A stretch of 64,000 nucleotides of DNA, from assembly GCF_036365525.1 (NCBI RefSeq), contig NC_090407.1, positions 11,847,441 through 11,911,440 on the forward strand, given 5' to 3'. Source of the DNA: Heterodontus francisci. Its lineage: Eukaryota. Shown here in pieces: positions 1 to 11,367 of the stretch. Every line of letters begins with the position of its first letter. The first letter of the stretch is position 1. Made by a program: the position numbers and the translations under genes. Under the pieces are notes generated by a model. That model had not been told where the DNA came from. It searched no databases and worked only from the letters and a program-made list of their open reading frames with translations.

Positions 1-609
1 CACAGGGGCCAGGACTGGTTGGACCAGCTGGTCACATGAACTAGCCACAGAGAGTTTGAGCAGAAAGTCTGTTTGCTCCTGGACTGAGCAGATCTCTCCT
101 GTCTGCTCCCATCTCTTTCTCACAGGCCTCTGAATCCACTGAAGACACATGAACCCCAAGAGCGAAAAGTCTCCTACAGCGAACAAGGTTTAAGTAGAAT
201 ACTGGGCCCCAACGAAAAGCAAGACCTACTTACAATCAAGGACTCTACAATAAGCTTGAAGAACTGTAACAACAACTCTTCAGATATTGCCTCAAACTTT
301 CCACTTTAATTTTCTTCTGCTCTTTTCTGTCTATTTGCATATGTGTATCGCATATGCATGCTAGTGCGGGCACGTCGTGTATCTGCATGTGTCAACCGAA
401 CTAGTTTAAGTTCAAGTTTAATAAATTTCAACTTTTCTTCTTTAAACCTAAGAAAATCTGTTTGTCTTTGCCTTATAATTGAAAAGCGGTGAACAAGGAT
501 TCGCCAAGGGGGAGCTAAAAACAGTGTGTTTAAAAATAAAACCCTGTTATGGTAAGACCAGGTGAAGGCTGAGAGGGACCCTTGACACCTTTCTCACCTG
601 GTCGTAACA
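1..609 (+). mobile_element. 5' LTR (truncated by window edge) of a Gmr1-like Gypsy element
   Basis: Co-linear with 4159-4770; ends ...CCTGGTCGTAACA and is followed by a PBS-like motif. Confidence 0.9.
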
Positions 610-615
610 GAAATT

Positions 616-636
616 TGGGTGCTCGCGTCCGGAATT
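616..636 (+). other. Degenerate tRNA-Pro primer binding site
   Basis: TGGGTGCTCGCGTCCGGAATT lies a few nt after the LTR and resembles the tRNA-Pro PBS TGGGGGCTCGTCCGGGAT. Confidence 0.6.
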
Positions 637-747
637 GACCCACAGACAAATGAGAAATTGGAAGTGGGAAGCCAAATTGTTCCCAATCAAAAACGAGCAA
701 GTTTTCAATACAGGTTTTCTTGTGGTTGTGAGTGCTTGAATACTAAC

Positions 748-3105
748 ATGTCTGCAACTGAAGCTAGTCGCTCTCCAAGCCAGGGTGAAGTAACTTGGGG
801 TAAGTTATAAGTACTGTCTATGAAAGAGTTGAGGAAAATGGCTGAGCAGTGTGGGATCACTGTACGTGGCAAGGCTAGGAAGTCTGAACTCTTAAGGCCA
901 GTGGCTAACCATTTTTCCCTTGAATCTGAAGAAGCAGAAATTGGGTTAGAAGCAGACTCCGTCAGGGTAGTGTTAGCAAAGATACAATTGGAACAGAGGA
1001 AACTTGAATTAGAGGAAAGGGAGAAAGAGAGAGCCTTCCAGAAGGAACATGAAGAGAAAGACAGGAGAGAGAGAGAGAAATAATATTCCGGAAGGAATGC
1101 AAAGAAAGAGAGCTGAAGCGGCTTGAGTTAACTCTGGGGGTGGCAGAGTAACTCCAGTGAAAGCATGGCCAATATGGAGGAGCATAATTCAGGGCTGGGT
1201 ACAAAATTGTTAAAACTATTTCAAATAATCCCAAAATTCAATTAGGAAGATGTAGAAACATCTTTTGTGTCCTTTGAGAAACTGGCAAGGCAGCTAAAAT
1301 GGCCAGCTGAGACCTGGCCACTTTTATTACAAAGCAAGCTAACCGGAAAAGCTCACGAGGTTTATTCCCTGTTGCCAGATGAGAGTTCATCAAGTTATGA
1401 ACTGACCAAAAATGCTCTCCTCAGGGCATATGAATTAGTATCCGAAGCCAATGCCAAAAGTTTAGAACCCTCAAGAAGCAAGCTAATCAAACTTATCTGT
1501 CGTTTGAAAGAAGTAAGCAGCTGGCTTTTGATCAGTGGCTGAGGGCTCTTAAAGTACAGCTCAGGTATGAGAATCTCAGAGATGTAATTCTGTTAGAGGA
1601 ATTTAAATACTCTCTCCCACTCTCCATAAAGACCCATGTAGAGGAGCAGTGAGTTCAGAGAGCCCAGCAAGCAGCCATTCTGGTTGATGAGTTTGCTTTA
1701 ATTTATAAGTCAGTTTCCCAGAGGAGAACCTTTCCTAATCATCTCCACAAATCCAAAAAGGACAAAGGGTGGAAAGAGGATAGGATCCAAGCAGTCCTGG
1801 GAGAGAAAGAAAAGCAGAAGACACAGGGGAGCCCTTTTCCAGCCAAAAAGGAAGGTGCTGGGAGCAGGAATGAGATCCGGAGACCTGTGTGCTTCCATTG
1901 TAATAAAGCAGGGCATTTAAGAGTTGACTGCTGGAAACTAAAGGGAAAACCTGTAGGATTAATCAGGGCACACCCACTCAGTGAAGTAGTGAACCTGATG
2001 GAAAGCACAGCAGAACAAGTCTGTGGCTTTAACTGCAGTAAGAGTGCAGCCCAGGAAGCTTACTAGGGCAAGTGCAGGAAAAGCTAATAGGATTCCTGAA
2101 GGCTATCAGGGTTTTGTGTCTGAAGCGAAAGTAACCCCATACCCCTCGAGTGGGGCAAGCAAGCCCGTAGTAATTCTCAGAGACACAGGGGCCACTAGAT
2201 CCCTTTCACTGGGAAAATGCCTGACCTTTCCCCCAGAGAGTGCAGTCAACACCAGAATGGTGGTGAATGGTATTTGAGGGCAGTGTATGCCTGTACCTGT
2301 ATACTGGGTGCAGCTGGAGTCCAACCTAGTTTCCGGACCGGTGACCATTGGGACTGTCCCTAGTTTGCCTGTGATGCAAGGTTGACCTGCTCCTAGGCAA
2401 TGATGTAATGATTTGGCGGGGGTGAAGGTGGTAGTCCCCCCAGTAGTGAAAGAAAGACCACAGGAGAAGGATCCCGACAGTTTCCCTGAATGTGTAGTGG
2501 ATCAGACCATGATCAAACCAGCTCCCCCAGAGGAAACTGAATTAGCACTGCAGGCAGATGACCAGGTCTGCCAGTCTGAGGCTTTCTTTGGAAAGTTAGG
2601 AGACCCAGGGAATGAATTAAATGGATTTTCCCTAGCTGAGGCTCAGTGAGCTGACCCAGTATTGCGAGAGTTAGCACAGGCTGCCCAGTCTGAAAGTGAA
2701 GCAGAGGGAGTCCCTGATTGCTTCTATTTAAAGAATGAGGTGCTGATGAGGAAATGGAGTTCTCCTCACAGACCTGAGGGCAAGGAGTGGACAGTAGTTC
2801 ACCAGTTAGTGGTGCCACAGAGGTACCAGACAGAAATATTAAGAAGGACCCACGAGACTACAGTGGCTGTACATGCCTGTATACGAAAGACCAAAGCCTG
2901 CATAAGACAGCAGTTTAACTGGCCAAAACTCCACAAAGATGTGGTGGAGTACTGCAGGAGATGCCACATTAGCCAGGTTGAGGAGAAACCCCAACCTACA
3001 GTGAAACCTGCACTCCTAAGTCCTGTACTGGTGTTAGGAGGACCCTCCAGCAGAGGGCTGGTGAACTGTAAGGGACCCCCGCCGCGAACAAAAAGGGACA
3101 GGTAG
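748..3105 (+). pseudogene. Disrupted gag-pol of Gmr1-like Gypsy: gag with SCAN-like region and CCHC knuckle, protease, integrase N-terminus; RT/RNase H not recognisable
   Basis: FEKLARQLKWP...LTGKAHEVY gag; WLRAL...ILLEEFK.SLP SCAN-like segment (~1535-1700); CFHCNKAGHLRVDC (~1888-1932); ILRDTGATRS protease; QLVVP...H...WPKLHKDV.EYCRRC integrase Zn domain; many stops and frameshifts. Confidence 0.85.
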
Positions 3106-3896
3106 GCACAAGGCTGGCAAAAGGTTAGACAGGGAAGGGGAAAAAGTGACCAAGAGGGCAGGTTAAAGGAAATCAGGGAGGAATCCCGGATGAAAACCCA
3201 TGCTATCCGGGCATCCAACCCCGAAAAAATGTGAAACATTAGACCCCCACATCCTCCTACATAAATGCAGACAATAGAAGCATCCCACCAGAGTTGCTAA
3301 GAGCATTTACAGGAACCTGCAGAGACAAAGAAAGGCCTCTAGGAGGCAGAGAAACCATGAAGGTGATGCCTCACCTAGTTGAAGTGCGACAGTGGCGTGC
3401 AGTAGAGTCTGCACAAATATCTACAGGTAGGAATGTCCCAGAGGACAAAGGGGAGATTAGTGAAGAATCCTCCCCCACAGTCAGAAAAAAAGTGAACCAC
3501 CCATCCCCTGAAGTCAAAAGCCTTTGCATAACTCAGCAAAGAACCCAAAGAGAGTTCAGGATAGACCTGCCCACGACTGACTCTCCTGAAAAGAAAATTC
3601 CAACTCAGGGTAATTAAACCTGACCATCGTAAAGACCCTAGGCAGCTATGGAAAAGGGCAAACTGAAGAAAACCTTCCCCAAAGAACCAAATGTTTACTG
3701 GGATGCCAAAAAGGGGGCAATTAAAGTAGCACTGGCACCAAGAAAAGACAGGCTGTAATAAGCTTTAGGATTTATGAATGAATGGGAATGAATGAAAGAA
3801 ATGCATGCTTTTTTTTCTAAATCTTATATTTCCTCTCGACCCTTTTAATGAAATGCACTTTCCTCAAATCGCATTTCATTCTGCTGAGTGAAGAGA

Positions 3897-4770
3897 TGTC
3901 ATGCAAGCCCCCACTTGCCAAGAATGAGGCACATTGGTTTTGTCATATGAACATTGATTTGTAACTGTTGCTGGAGCTAGGAAATGACTTGTTGAACAGA
4001 TCAGCCGAGGCTAGAAAAAAACATTTGCATACTAACAGACGGTGCTTGTGTAGACAAAGGGCCATTCTCTGACACATTCAACCCACAATGGATGTTGATC
4101 ACCGGACAGTGAGGGGGGCAGGGAAGTGCGTTCCAGGGCCTGCTGGGGTGATGAAATCCACAGGGGCCAGGACTGGTTGGACCAGCTGGTCACATGACTA
4201 ACTGGCTGTTCCAGGGATTTTTTGAACTAGCAACAGAGAGTTTGCTCCTGGACTGAGAAGATCTCTCCTGTCTGCTCCCATCTCTTTCTCACAAGCCTCT
4301 GAATCCACTGAAGACACATGAACCCAAGAGAGAAAAGTCTCCTACAGTGAACAAGGTTTAAGAAGAATACTGGGCCCCAAAGAAAAGCAAGATCTACCTA
4401 CAATCAAGAACTCTACAGTGAACTTGAAGAACTGTAACAGAATCTCTTTAGATATTGCCTCAAATTTTCCACTTTATTTTTCTGTTGCTCTTTTCTGTCT
4501 CTATCTGCATGTGTGTATCGCGTATGATGCGAGCATGCGTCAACCAAATTAGAGTTTAAGTTCAAGTTTAATAAATTTCAACCTTTCTTCTTTAAACCTA
4601 AGAAAATCTGTTTGTGCTGGTTTCTTTGCCTTATAATTGGAAAGTGGTGAACAAGGATTCACCAAGGGGGAGCTAAAAACACAGTGTGTTTAAAAATTAG
4701 ACGCTGTTGTGGTAAGACAAGGTGAAGGCTGAGAGGGACCCGTTGACACTTTTCTCACCTGGTCGTAACA
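3897..4770 (+). mobile_element. 3' LTR of Gmr1-like Gypsy element
   Basis: TGTCATGC...TCGTAACA termini; purine-rich GAGTGAAGAGA just upstream; homologous to 1-609 and 60449-61358. Confidence 0.9.
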
Positions 4771-5227
4771 GCACAGTAAAGCTTCCTCTTCTCCATCCCT
4801 GGAACACATCTCAGTCCCAACTGCACCAATGTGCATTTTCCCATTTCCCACACTATCTTAATGAGGTAACCAACGAGTGGCGAATTAGGGGCATTTACTT
4901 CTATAGGCCGTTGTCTAAATTCTTTTCACATTGCATCTTCACAACCAGTTAACCTCCATTATCCCTGGCCGAGAGTTAATACCATGTTCCAGTAGTGAAA
5001 GGAGAGTTTCTAACCCTTTGTGCCTCCCATTTCCCCACTTATTTCCTATTTCCCCCCCCCTCCCCCATATTGTACCAGCTTCCTTCGTCCGCTTGTTAGG
5101 CCTGTTTAGTTTTTTGTGCTTGTTAAGCTGAGGGAATGTTGCTGCTGAGAAAAGGAACGCTTTTCCATTGGAATCACTCAGCATGAAGTGATCCCAGGTC
5201 AGTTTTGATGCAAAGTAAAGCTCCTCA

Positions 5228-6295
5228 GGAACACAGGAACAGGAGTAGGCCATTCAGCCCCTCAGGCTTGCTCCACTATTCAATTATAGATCATGGCTGA
5301 TCTGCATCTACTCCATCTACCCTCCATAGTTCCATGTCCTCTTCATACATTTATCTAACAAAAATCTATCAACCTCAGTTTTGACATTTTCAATTGAACA
5401 CCTGCCCACCCAGGAATGACACCAGAGCTGTGAGGTTGTATTTTTTTTCTTTAGAAAGGGAAGGCTGAGGGATGACCTAATAGAGGTCTTTAAAATTATG
5501 ACGGGTTTAATAGATTGGGTGGTTCCAATTGTGGGGAATCCAAAACTAGAGGTTATATATATGATAGTCACTAATAAATCCAATAAGAAATTCAGAAGAA
5601 ACTTCTATACCCAGAGAGTGGTTAGAAAGTGGAATTTGCTACCACATTACAGAATCATTACAGAATCATTACAGTGCAAAAGGTGGCCATTCGGCCCATC
5701 GTGTCTGCACCAGCTCTCTGAGAGAGCAACTCCCTCAGTTCCATTCCTCTGCCTTCTCCCCGTAACCCTGTACATTCTTCCTTTTCATATAACTGTCTAA
5801 TTCCCTTTTGAATGCTTCAATTGAACCTGCCTCCACCACGTTCTCAGGCAGTGCATTCCAGACCTTAACCACTCGCTGCATGAAAAAGTTTTTCCTCCTG
5901 TCACTTTTTCTTCTCTTACCAAATATTTTAAATCTGTGCCCTCTCGTTTTCAATCCTTCCCTGAGTGGGGACAGTTTCTCTCTATCTACTCTGTCCAGAC
6001 CCCTCAGTATTTTGAATACCTCTATCAAATCACCACTCAGCCTTCTCTTCTTCAAGGAAAACAGTCCTAACTTCTCCAATCTATCTTCATAACTGAAATT
6101 CCTCATCCATATGGAGTAGTTGAGGCGAATATGCATTTAAGAGGAAGCTCGATCAGTACTTCAGGGAGAAAGAATAGGACACGTTGCTAGGGTTAGATGA
6201 GGTAGGGTGAGAGGAGGCTCGTGTGGAGCAAAGCACCAGCATGGACCAGTTGGGCTGAATGGCCTGTTTCTGTACTTTAAACACTTTGCTATTCT
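5228..6295. mobile_element. Cluster of CR1 3' fragments; a minus-strand copy (~5647-6108) is nested in a plus-strand copy
   Basis: SYEDRLEKLGLFSLKKRRLSGDLIEVFKI and TRGHRFKI CR1 C-terminal motifs; short-repeat tails. Confidence 0.85.
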
Positions 6296-7579
6296 ATGTA
6301 CTTTATAAACAGTCCATATTCTTGTACTAAAAATGTTTCAAAAATATCTTCCTATTTAACATCAATCATTCCCCCTTGTCGTCCTAGTTGTAGGAGATAG
6401 TTACAGAGTAAACAACTGAGGGAGGAGGAAATTAAAAGAAAATAATAGACATGAAGATCTTTTGGAGATAATAACAGAAAGGTCAGAGGAAGTGTCAAAG
6501 AGGAAATGGAAAAGTTGGAGGAAATTACAAAGGGATAGGCAGAGGGGTAGGAAGAAAAATTCATTAAGGATAGAGCTACATAAAATAAGGGACAAGTAGG
6601 AGATGCTGAAGGAGATAATTAACTGGTTAAGAAAATTGTACAAAGAATGATGGAAAGTTGTTTGGAGTCACATATTAGATAGAAAGAAGCAATTGCAGGG
6701 GAGCTGGAGAAGTCACATGGAAATTAACGGGATGCAAGAAAGAATTATATATGGAAACTGAAACCAAGAGGGAATTACACATAGAAAATGCAACACAGGA
6801 ACAAACTGTACAGGATCAATGGAATGCAAGAGAAAGTAATATAAAGAATAATGGAAAGCAGGAGATTGCACAAGGAATAAAGGGGATCTGTTACTCAGTT
6901 TTTCTCGTATTTCATTGCAGTGCAGGAGCTCAGTTATGAAAACAGACCCTACAAGTCTCCAACTCATGAAAGGTTGTGTGTTTGTTTTGTACTTCACAGG
7001 TCAACCATTATCCATTAAAATGAGATTAACAGATGCAAATTAGGGAATAACTATCCACCTTTTGATATTCCCAACTCTTTCTGAAGTACACATAGTCTCC
7101 CTGAGGACACAGTTCATTCCCTACTTCTTGTATGTAAAATGATTCATGGCACAGTTAAAATGGACTTGGATCCATCTCAAGGTTTGGGTTTAAATGGCCA
7201 CAATTAGCCTTTACCCAGTGTATGGTTTCACTACTATTTGCAATATAATGAGCATGATTATGATAATTGGGAAACATTAGAACTGAGTAGGGATTTATTC
7301 CCATCAATGGATCCTGTTACCATCTCAGGGCGCTAGCTATTTATGTTCAAAGATCTTTTTGGAAAACTTTGAGTGACATTTCCCTGTCCAGTGGGTCATG
7401 TTCCTGCAATCAGTTTTCCTCCGCCAGCCCCAAGCTCTACTACCCCTAACCCCAGCGCCCACCTCCCCAGATCCCAGTCTCATTACACTCAACCCCACTA
7501 TCCCTTCTCCAACTAGCAGCCCCATTGCCCCAGTCAGCCCCAGGTCCTTTCCATTCCCCCTGCCCCCAACCACTCAGAC

Positions 7580-8840
7580 CCCAGCTTCCGCCCCATTGCC
7601 CCCACCTCCACTTCCCCCAGCTCCTGCCCCATTTCCCCCAGTGCCTGCCCCGTTACCCCCAGTGCCTCCCCGTTATCCCCAGCTCCTGCCCCATTGCCCC
7701 CAGCTCCTGCCCCATTGCCCCCAGCACCTTCCCCAGCTCCTGCCCCGTTACCCCCAGCGCCTGCCCCGTTGTCCTCAGCTCCTGCCCAGTTAACCCCAGT
7801 GACTGCCCCGTTACCCCCAGCGACTGCCCCGTTACCCCCAGCGACTGCCCCGTTGTCCTCAGCTCCTGCCCAATTAACCCCAGCGCCTGCCCTGTTAACC
7901 CCAGCGCCTGCCCCGTTAACCCCAGCGCCTGCCCCATTGTCCTCAGCTCCTGCCCAGTTACCCCCAGCGCCTGCCCCGTTACCCCCAGCGCCTGCCCCGT
8001 TGTCCTCAGCTCCTGCCCCGTTGCCCCCAGCACCTGCCCTGGTCCTCAGCTCCTGCCCAGTTACCCCCAGCTCCTGCCCCGTTACCCCCAGCTCCTGCCC
8101 CGTTACCCTCAGCTCCTGCCCCGTTACCCTCCGCTCCTGCCCCGTTACCCTCAGCTCCTGCCTCATTGCCCCCAGCACCTGCCCTGGTCCTCAGCTCCTG
8201 CCCCGTTGCCCCAGCACCTGCCCCGTTACCCCCAGCTCCTGCCCCGTTACCCCCAGCTCCTGTCCCGTTAACCCCAGTGCCTGCCCCGTTAACCCCAGTG
8301 CCTGCCCCATTGCCCACAGCGCCTGCCCCGTTACCCCCAGTGCCTGCCCCGTTGTCCTCAGCCCCTGCCCCGTTGCCCACAGCGCCTGCCCCGTTGTCCT
8401 CAGCTCCTGCCCCATTGCCCCCAGCACCTGCCCTGGTCCTCAGCTCCTGCCCCGTTACCCCCAGCGCCCGCCCCGTTGTCCTCAGCTCCTGCCCAGTTAA
8501 CCCCAGCTCCTGCCCCGTTAACCCCAGCGCCTGCCCCATTAACCCCAGTGCCTGCCCCATTGCCCACAGCGCCTGCCCCATTACCCCCAGTGCCTGCCCC
8601 GTTGTCCTCAGCCCCTGCCCCGTTGCCCACAGCCCCTGTCCCGTTGTCCTCAGCTCCTGCCCCGTTGTCCTCAGCTCCTGCCCCGTTGTCCTCAGCTCCT
8701 GCCCCGTTGCCCCCAGCACCTGCCCTGGTCCTCAGCTCCTGCCCCGTTACCCCCAGCGTCTGCCCCGTTACCCCCAGCTCCTGCCCCGTTGCCCCACAGC
8801 TCCTGCCCCGTTGCCCCACAGCGCCTGCCCCGTTGCCCCC
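7580..8840. repeat. ~21-bp GC-rich minisatellite (CCTGCCCCGTTACCCCCAGCT variants) at the start of espin-like intron 1
   Basis: Direct tandem periodicity of 21 nt; explains the Pro/Ala- and Gly-rich ORFs in all frames. Confidence 0.95.
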
Positions 8841-8844
8841 TTAC

Positions 8845-9138
8845 CTGTAGCTGACATCCCCCCGAGGTGAGCATCCACTGCAAACAGACCAAATTACCGG
8901 TGGCCGCTGCATCGTGCGCCGGAGTTGCCCCATTGCGGGCTTTCTGATTCCCGGGGAATTTCGCCTCCTCCACCAGGTACTTGAGGGCGCTGAGTTTGCC
9001 GGAGCGAGCGGCGAGATGGACGGGAGAGGCTCCGAGATGGTCGCTCACCTTGTGGTGGAGGAGACCCTGTCTCCGCAGTTCCTGCAGTGTCTGCACATCG
9101 CCCTTCTTAGCAGCGACCAGACAGCGATCCAAAACCAT
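8845..9138 (-). CDS. ESPNL: First coding exon (98 codons) of an espin-family ankyrin-repeat protein, closest to espin-like (ESPNL); ESPN or a third paralogue not excluded
   Basis: MVLDRCLVAAKKGDVQTL...LGASPVHLAARSGKL...FPGNQKARNGATPAHDAAATGNLVCLQWMLTSGGCQLQ; AAGATGG Kozak context; phase-0 CAG|GTAAGG donor after GGCxLQ, where I recall mammalian ESPN/ESPNL exon 1 ending. Exon 2 was not found in the window. Confidence 0.88.
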
Positions 9139-9589
9139 CTTCAAAGTTTGTATTTTAAAGCATTAATTCCCAGATTTTCTTGCCCTCTTTCTTACGCGTG
9201 ACCATTTTACACTGGCGTCTGTTCCTTTGCAAATCCCACTGGGCTGTACCATGCTGAATATTTAATTCCAGGGGATTTGAATAATCTATGAAAGAGGCGG
9301 CACCAGATCAGACAACAACAGGCAACAGATAGTCACTTATTCCTTCCCTAAAGCGGCTCAATATTACTCGAGAAAAGTTTGCAGTGGGGCAGTTAGGGAT
9401 CCGCTATATTAAAGGGAGTTCAGAATTGGGTTCATTTCAACTGCTGGACATTTGGTTTTTATTGAACTGTCCTTTTGAAACACTCATTTTGAGCTGAAAA
9501 CCAGTAAATGGTTTCGCACTAAGAGCATTTTATTTGTCAAACTCCATTGTAAATTCATCATCTTCAGGACCTCCTCGATGCTCTTGTTT

Positions 9590-9990
9590 ATCTCAGAGAA
9601 ATAAGGCTTGGACACAGAGAATCCCCTCAGTTGTAGAATTTGCCTCTTCCTGTTCAAATCCCTCCATGGACTTGCCTATCTCACTGACCTCCCCATCCCC
9701 CCCAACCCCCAACCCCAACCCCCAACCCCAACCCCAACCCAACCCCCAACCCAACCCCCAGAACTCGGCCTTTCTCGACCTCTGGCCTCCTGTGTATCCC
9801 CCACCATTGGTGACCGTGCCTTCAGCAGTCTAGGTCCTAGACTCTGGAATTCCCTCCTATTCCTCTCCGTCAGCTCTCTCTCCCTCCACCTTTGAGAACC
9901 TTCCAGAACGTCGCTTTCACCAGGTCTTTAGTTAGCTACCCTAATGCCTCTTTCTTTGGCTCAGTGTCAATTTTTGACTGTCTACCCCTC
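9590..9990 (+). mobile_element. L2-like LINE 3' fragment containing a (CCCAAC/CCCCAA)n tract at ~9700-9760
   Basis: FKSLHGLAYL...GDRAFSSLGPRLWNSL C-terminal motif. Confidence 0.7.
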
Positions 9991-10039
9991 TGTAAAGGAC
10001 ACTAGCATTTTAGTGTACAACGATAATAATTACATCGAA

Positions 10040-10568
10040 ATATAGAGAAAATTTATAGTGCAGAAGTAGGCCATTTGGCCCATCATATCTGTGTCAGCCA
10101 AAAAAAAGCAATCCAGTCTAATCTCACTTTCCATCTCTTGGTCCGACTCTGTAGGTTACCGCACTTTAAGTGCATATCCAAGTATTTTTGTTTAATACAA
10201 TGAGAGTTTGTTGCCTCACCCGCCCTTTTAGACAGTGAGTTCCAGATCCACGCCATCCTCTGGGTAAAAGAATTCTCCTCAGCCCCACCCCCTGCCCAAT
10301 CCTTCCGTCAATTACTTTCAATCTATGCCCCTGGTTATTGACCTCACTGCTAATGGAAATGGGTCCTTCCTATCTACTATAACTTTATACTCCTTAATTA
10401 AATCTCTCCTCTGTTCCAAAGAAAACATCCCCAGTCTGTCCAATCTTTCCTCATTGCTAAAATTCTCCATTTCTAGAAATATCAACATAAATTTCCTCTG
10501 CAGCCTCTCTCGTGCAATCACATCCTTCCTGGAATGTGGTGATCAGAATTGTATATCGTACTCTAGCC
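10040..10568 (-). mobile_element. CR1 3' fragment
   Basis: EERLDRLGMFSLEQRR motif and CR1 tail. Confidence 0.8.
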
Positions 10569-11349
10569 TAGAGCGTGGCTACCCGACCCGAATCCAAGCA
10601 GACTCGACGACATGTGTCGTGTTCAGGTCGGGTCCCTCTTCCGGGTCCAGCATTCGGGCTCGGGTCGCGTCGGGCTGGACGTGGACAGCGCTGCCTTGCT
10701 CCGGGTAGTAATCGTCAAATGAACATTCAGGACGTCAAGGCAGAAATGTGCAGTCCGGACTCCACACTCTGCAGTAAAGCCTGGCTACCCTCCCAAACCA
10801 GACTACATTGGTCAGGTTCGGGTCGGGTCGGGCATTTAAAAAAAAAATTAAAGGACACGGACCCGGCCCGGGTCGGGTCGGGTTTGGGTTTGGGTTGGCT
10901 ATTGTTGGGTCGGGCCCGGTTCGGGTTTGGGTCAGGTCGGGTCGGGTTTGGGTTTGGGTTGGCTATTGTTAGGTCGGGCCCGGGTCGGGTTTGGGTCAGG
11001 TCGGGTCGGGTTTGGGTTTGGGTTGGCTATTGTTGGGTCGGGCCCGGGTCGGGTTTGGGTCAGGTCGGGTCGGGTTTGGGTTTGGGTTGGCTATTGTTGG
11101 GTCGGGCCCGGGTCGGGTTTGGGTCAGGTCGGGTCGGGTCGGGTTTGGGTTTGGGTTGGCTATTGTTGGGTCGGGCCCGGGTCGGGTTTGGGTCAGGTCG
11201 GGTCGGGTTTGGGTTTGGGTTGGCTATTGTTGGGTCGGGCCCGGGTCGGGTTTGGGTCAGGTCGGGTCGGGTTTGGGTTTGGGTTTGGGTTAGCTATTGT
11301 TGGGCCTGGCCCAGGTGGAGTTTTAATTTTATACTGGAGCCAGACTTTA
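10569..11349. mobile_element. Composite hAT-like MITE (units 10569-10771 and 10775-11349)
   Basis: TIR pairs TAGAGCGTGG/CCACACTCTG and TAAAGCCTGGCT/AGCCAGACTTTA; GGGTC subterminal repeats; outer flanks CTCTAGCC/CTCTCGCT (6/8). Confidence 0.7.
10866..11310. repeat. 64-bp tandem repeat (~7 copies) inside the MITE
   Basis: GGGCCCGGGTCGGGTTTGGGTCAGGTCGGGTCGGGTTTGGGTTTGGGTTGGCTATTGTTGGGTC repeated. Confidence 0.9.
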
Positions 11350-11367
11350 CTCTCGCTAGTACTTCTT

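Noticed and set aside
7398-8870. Pro/Ala- or Gly-rich ORFs resembling mucin, antifreeze or silk proteins
   Set aside because: Open in most frames on both strands because of the 21-bp repeat; lies after a canonical splice donor.
8692-9144. 150-aa ORF as a complete protein
   Set aside because: The likely start is the ATG at 9138 and homology ends at the GT donor (8844); the remainder is intron.
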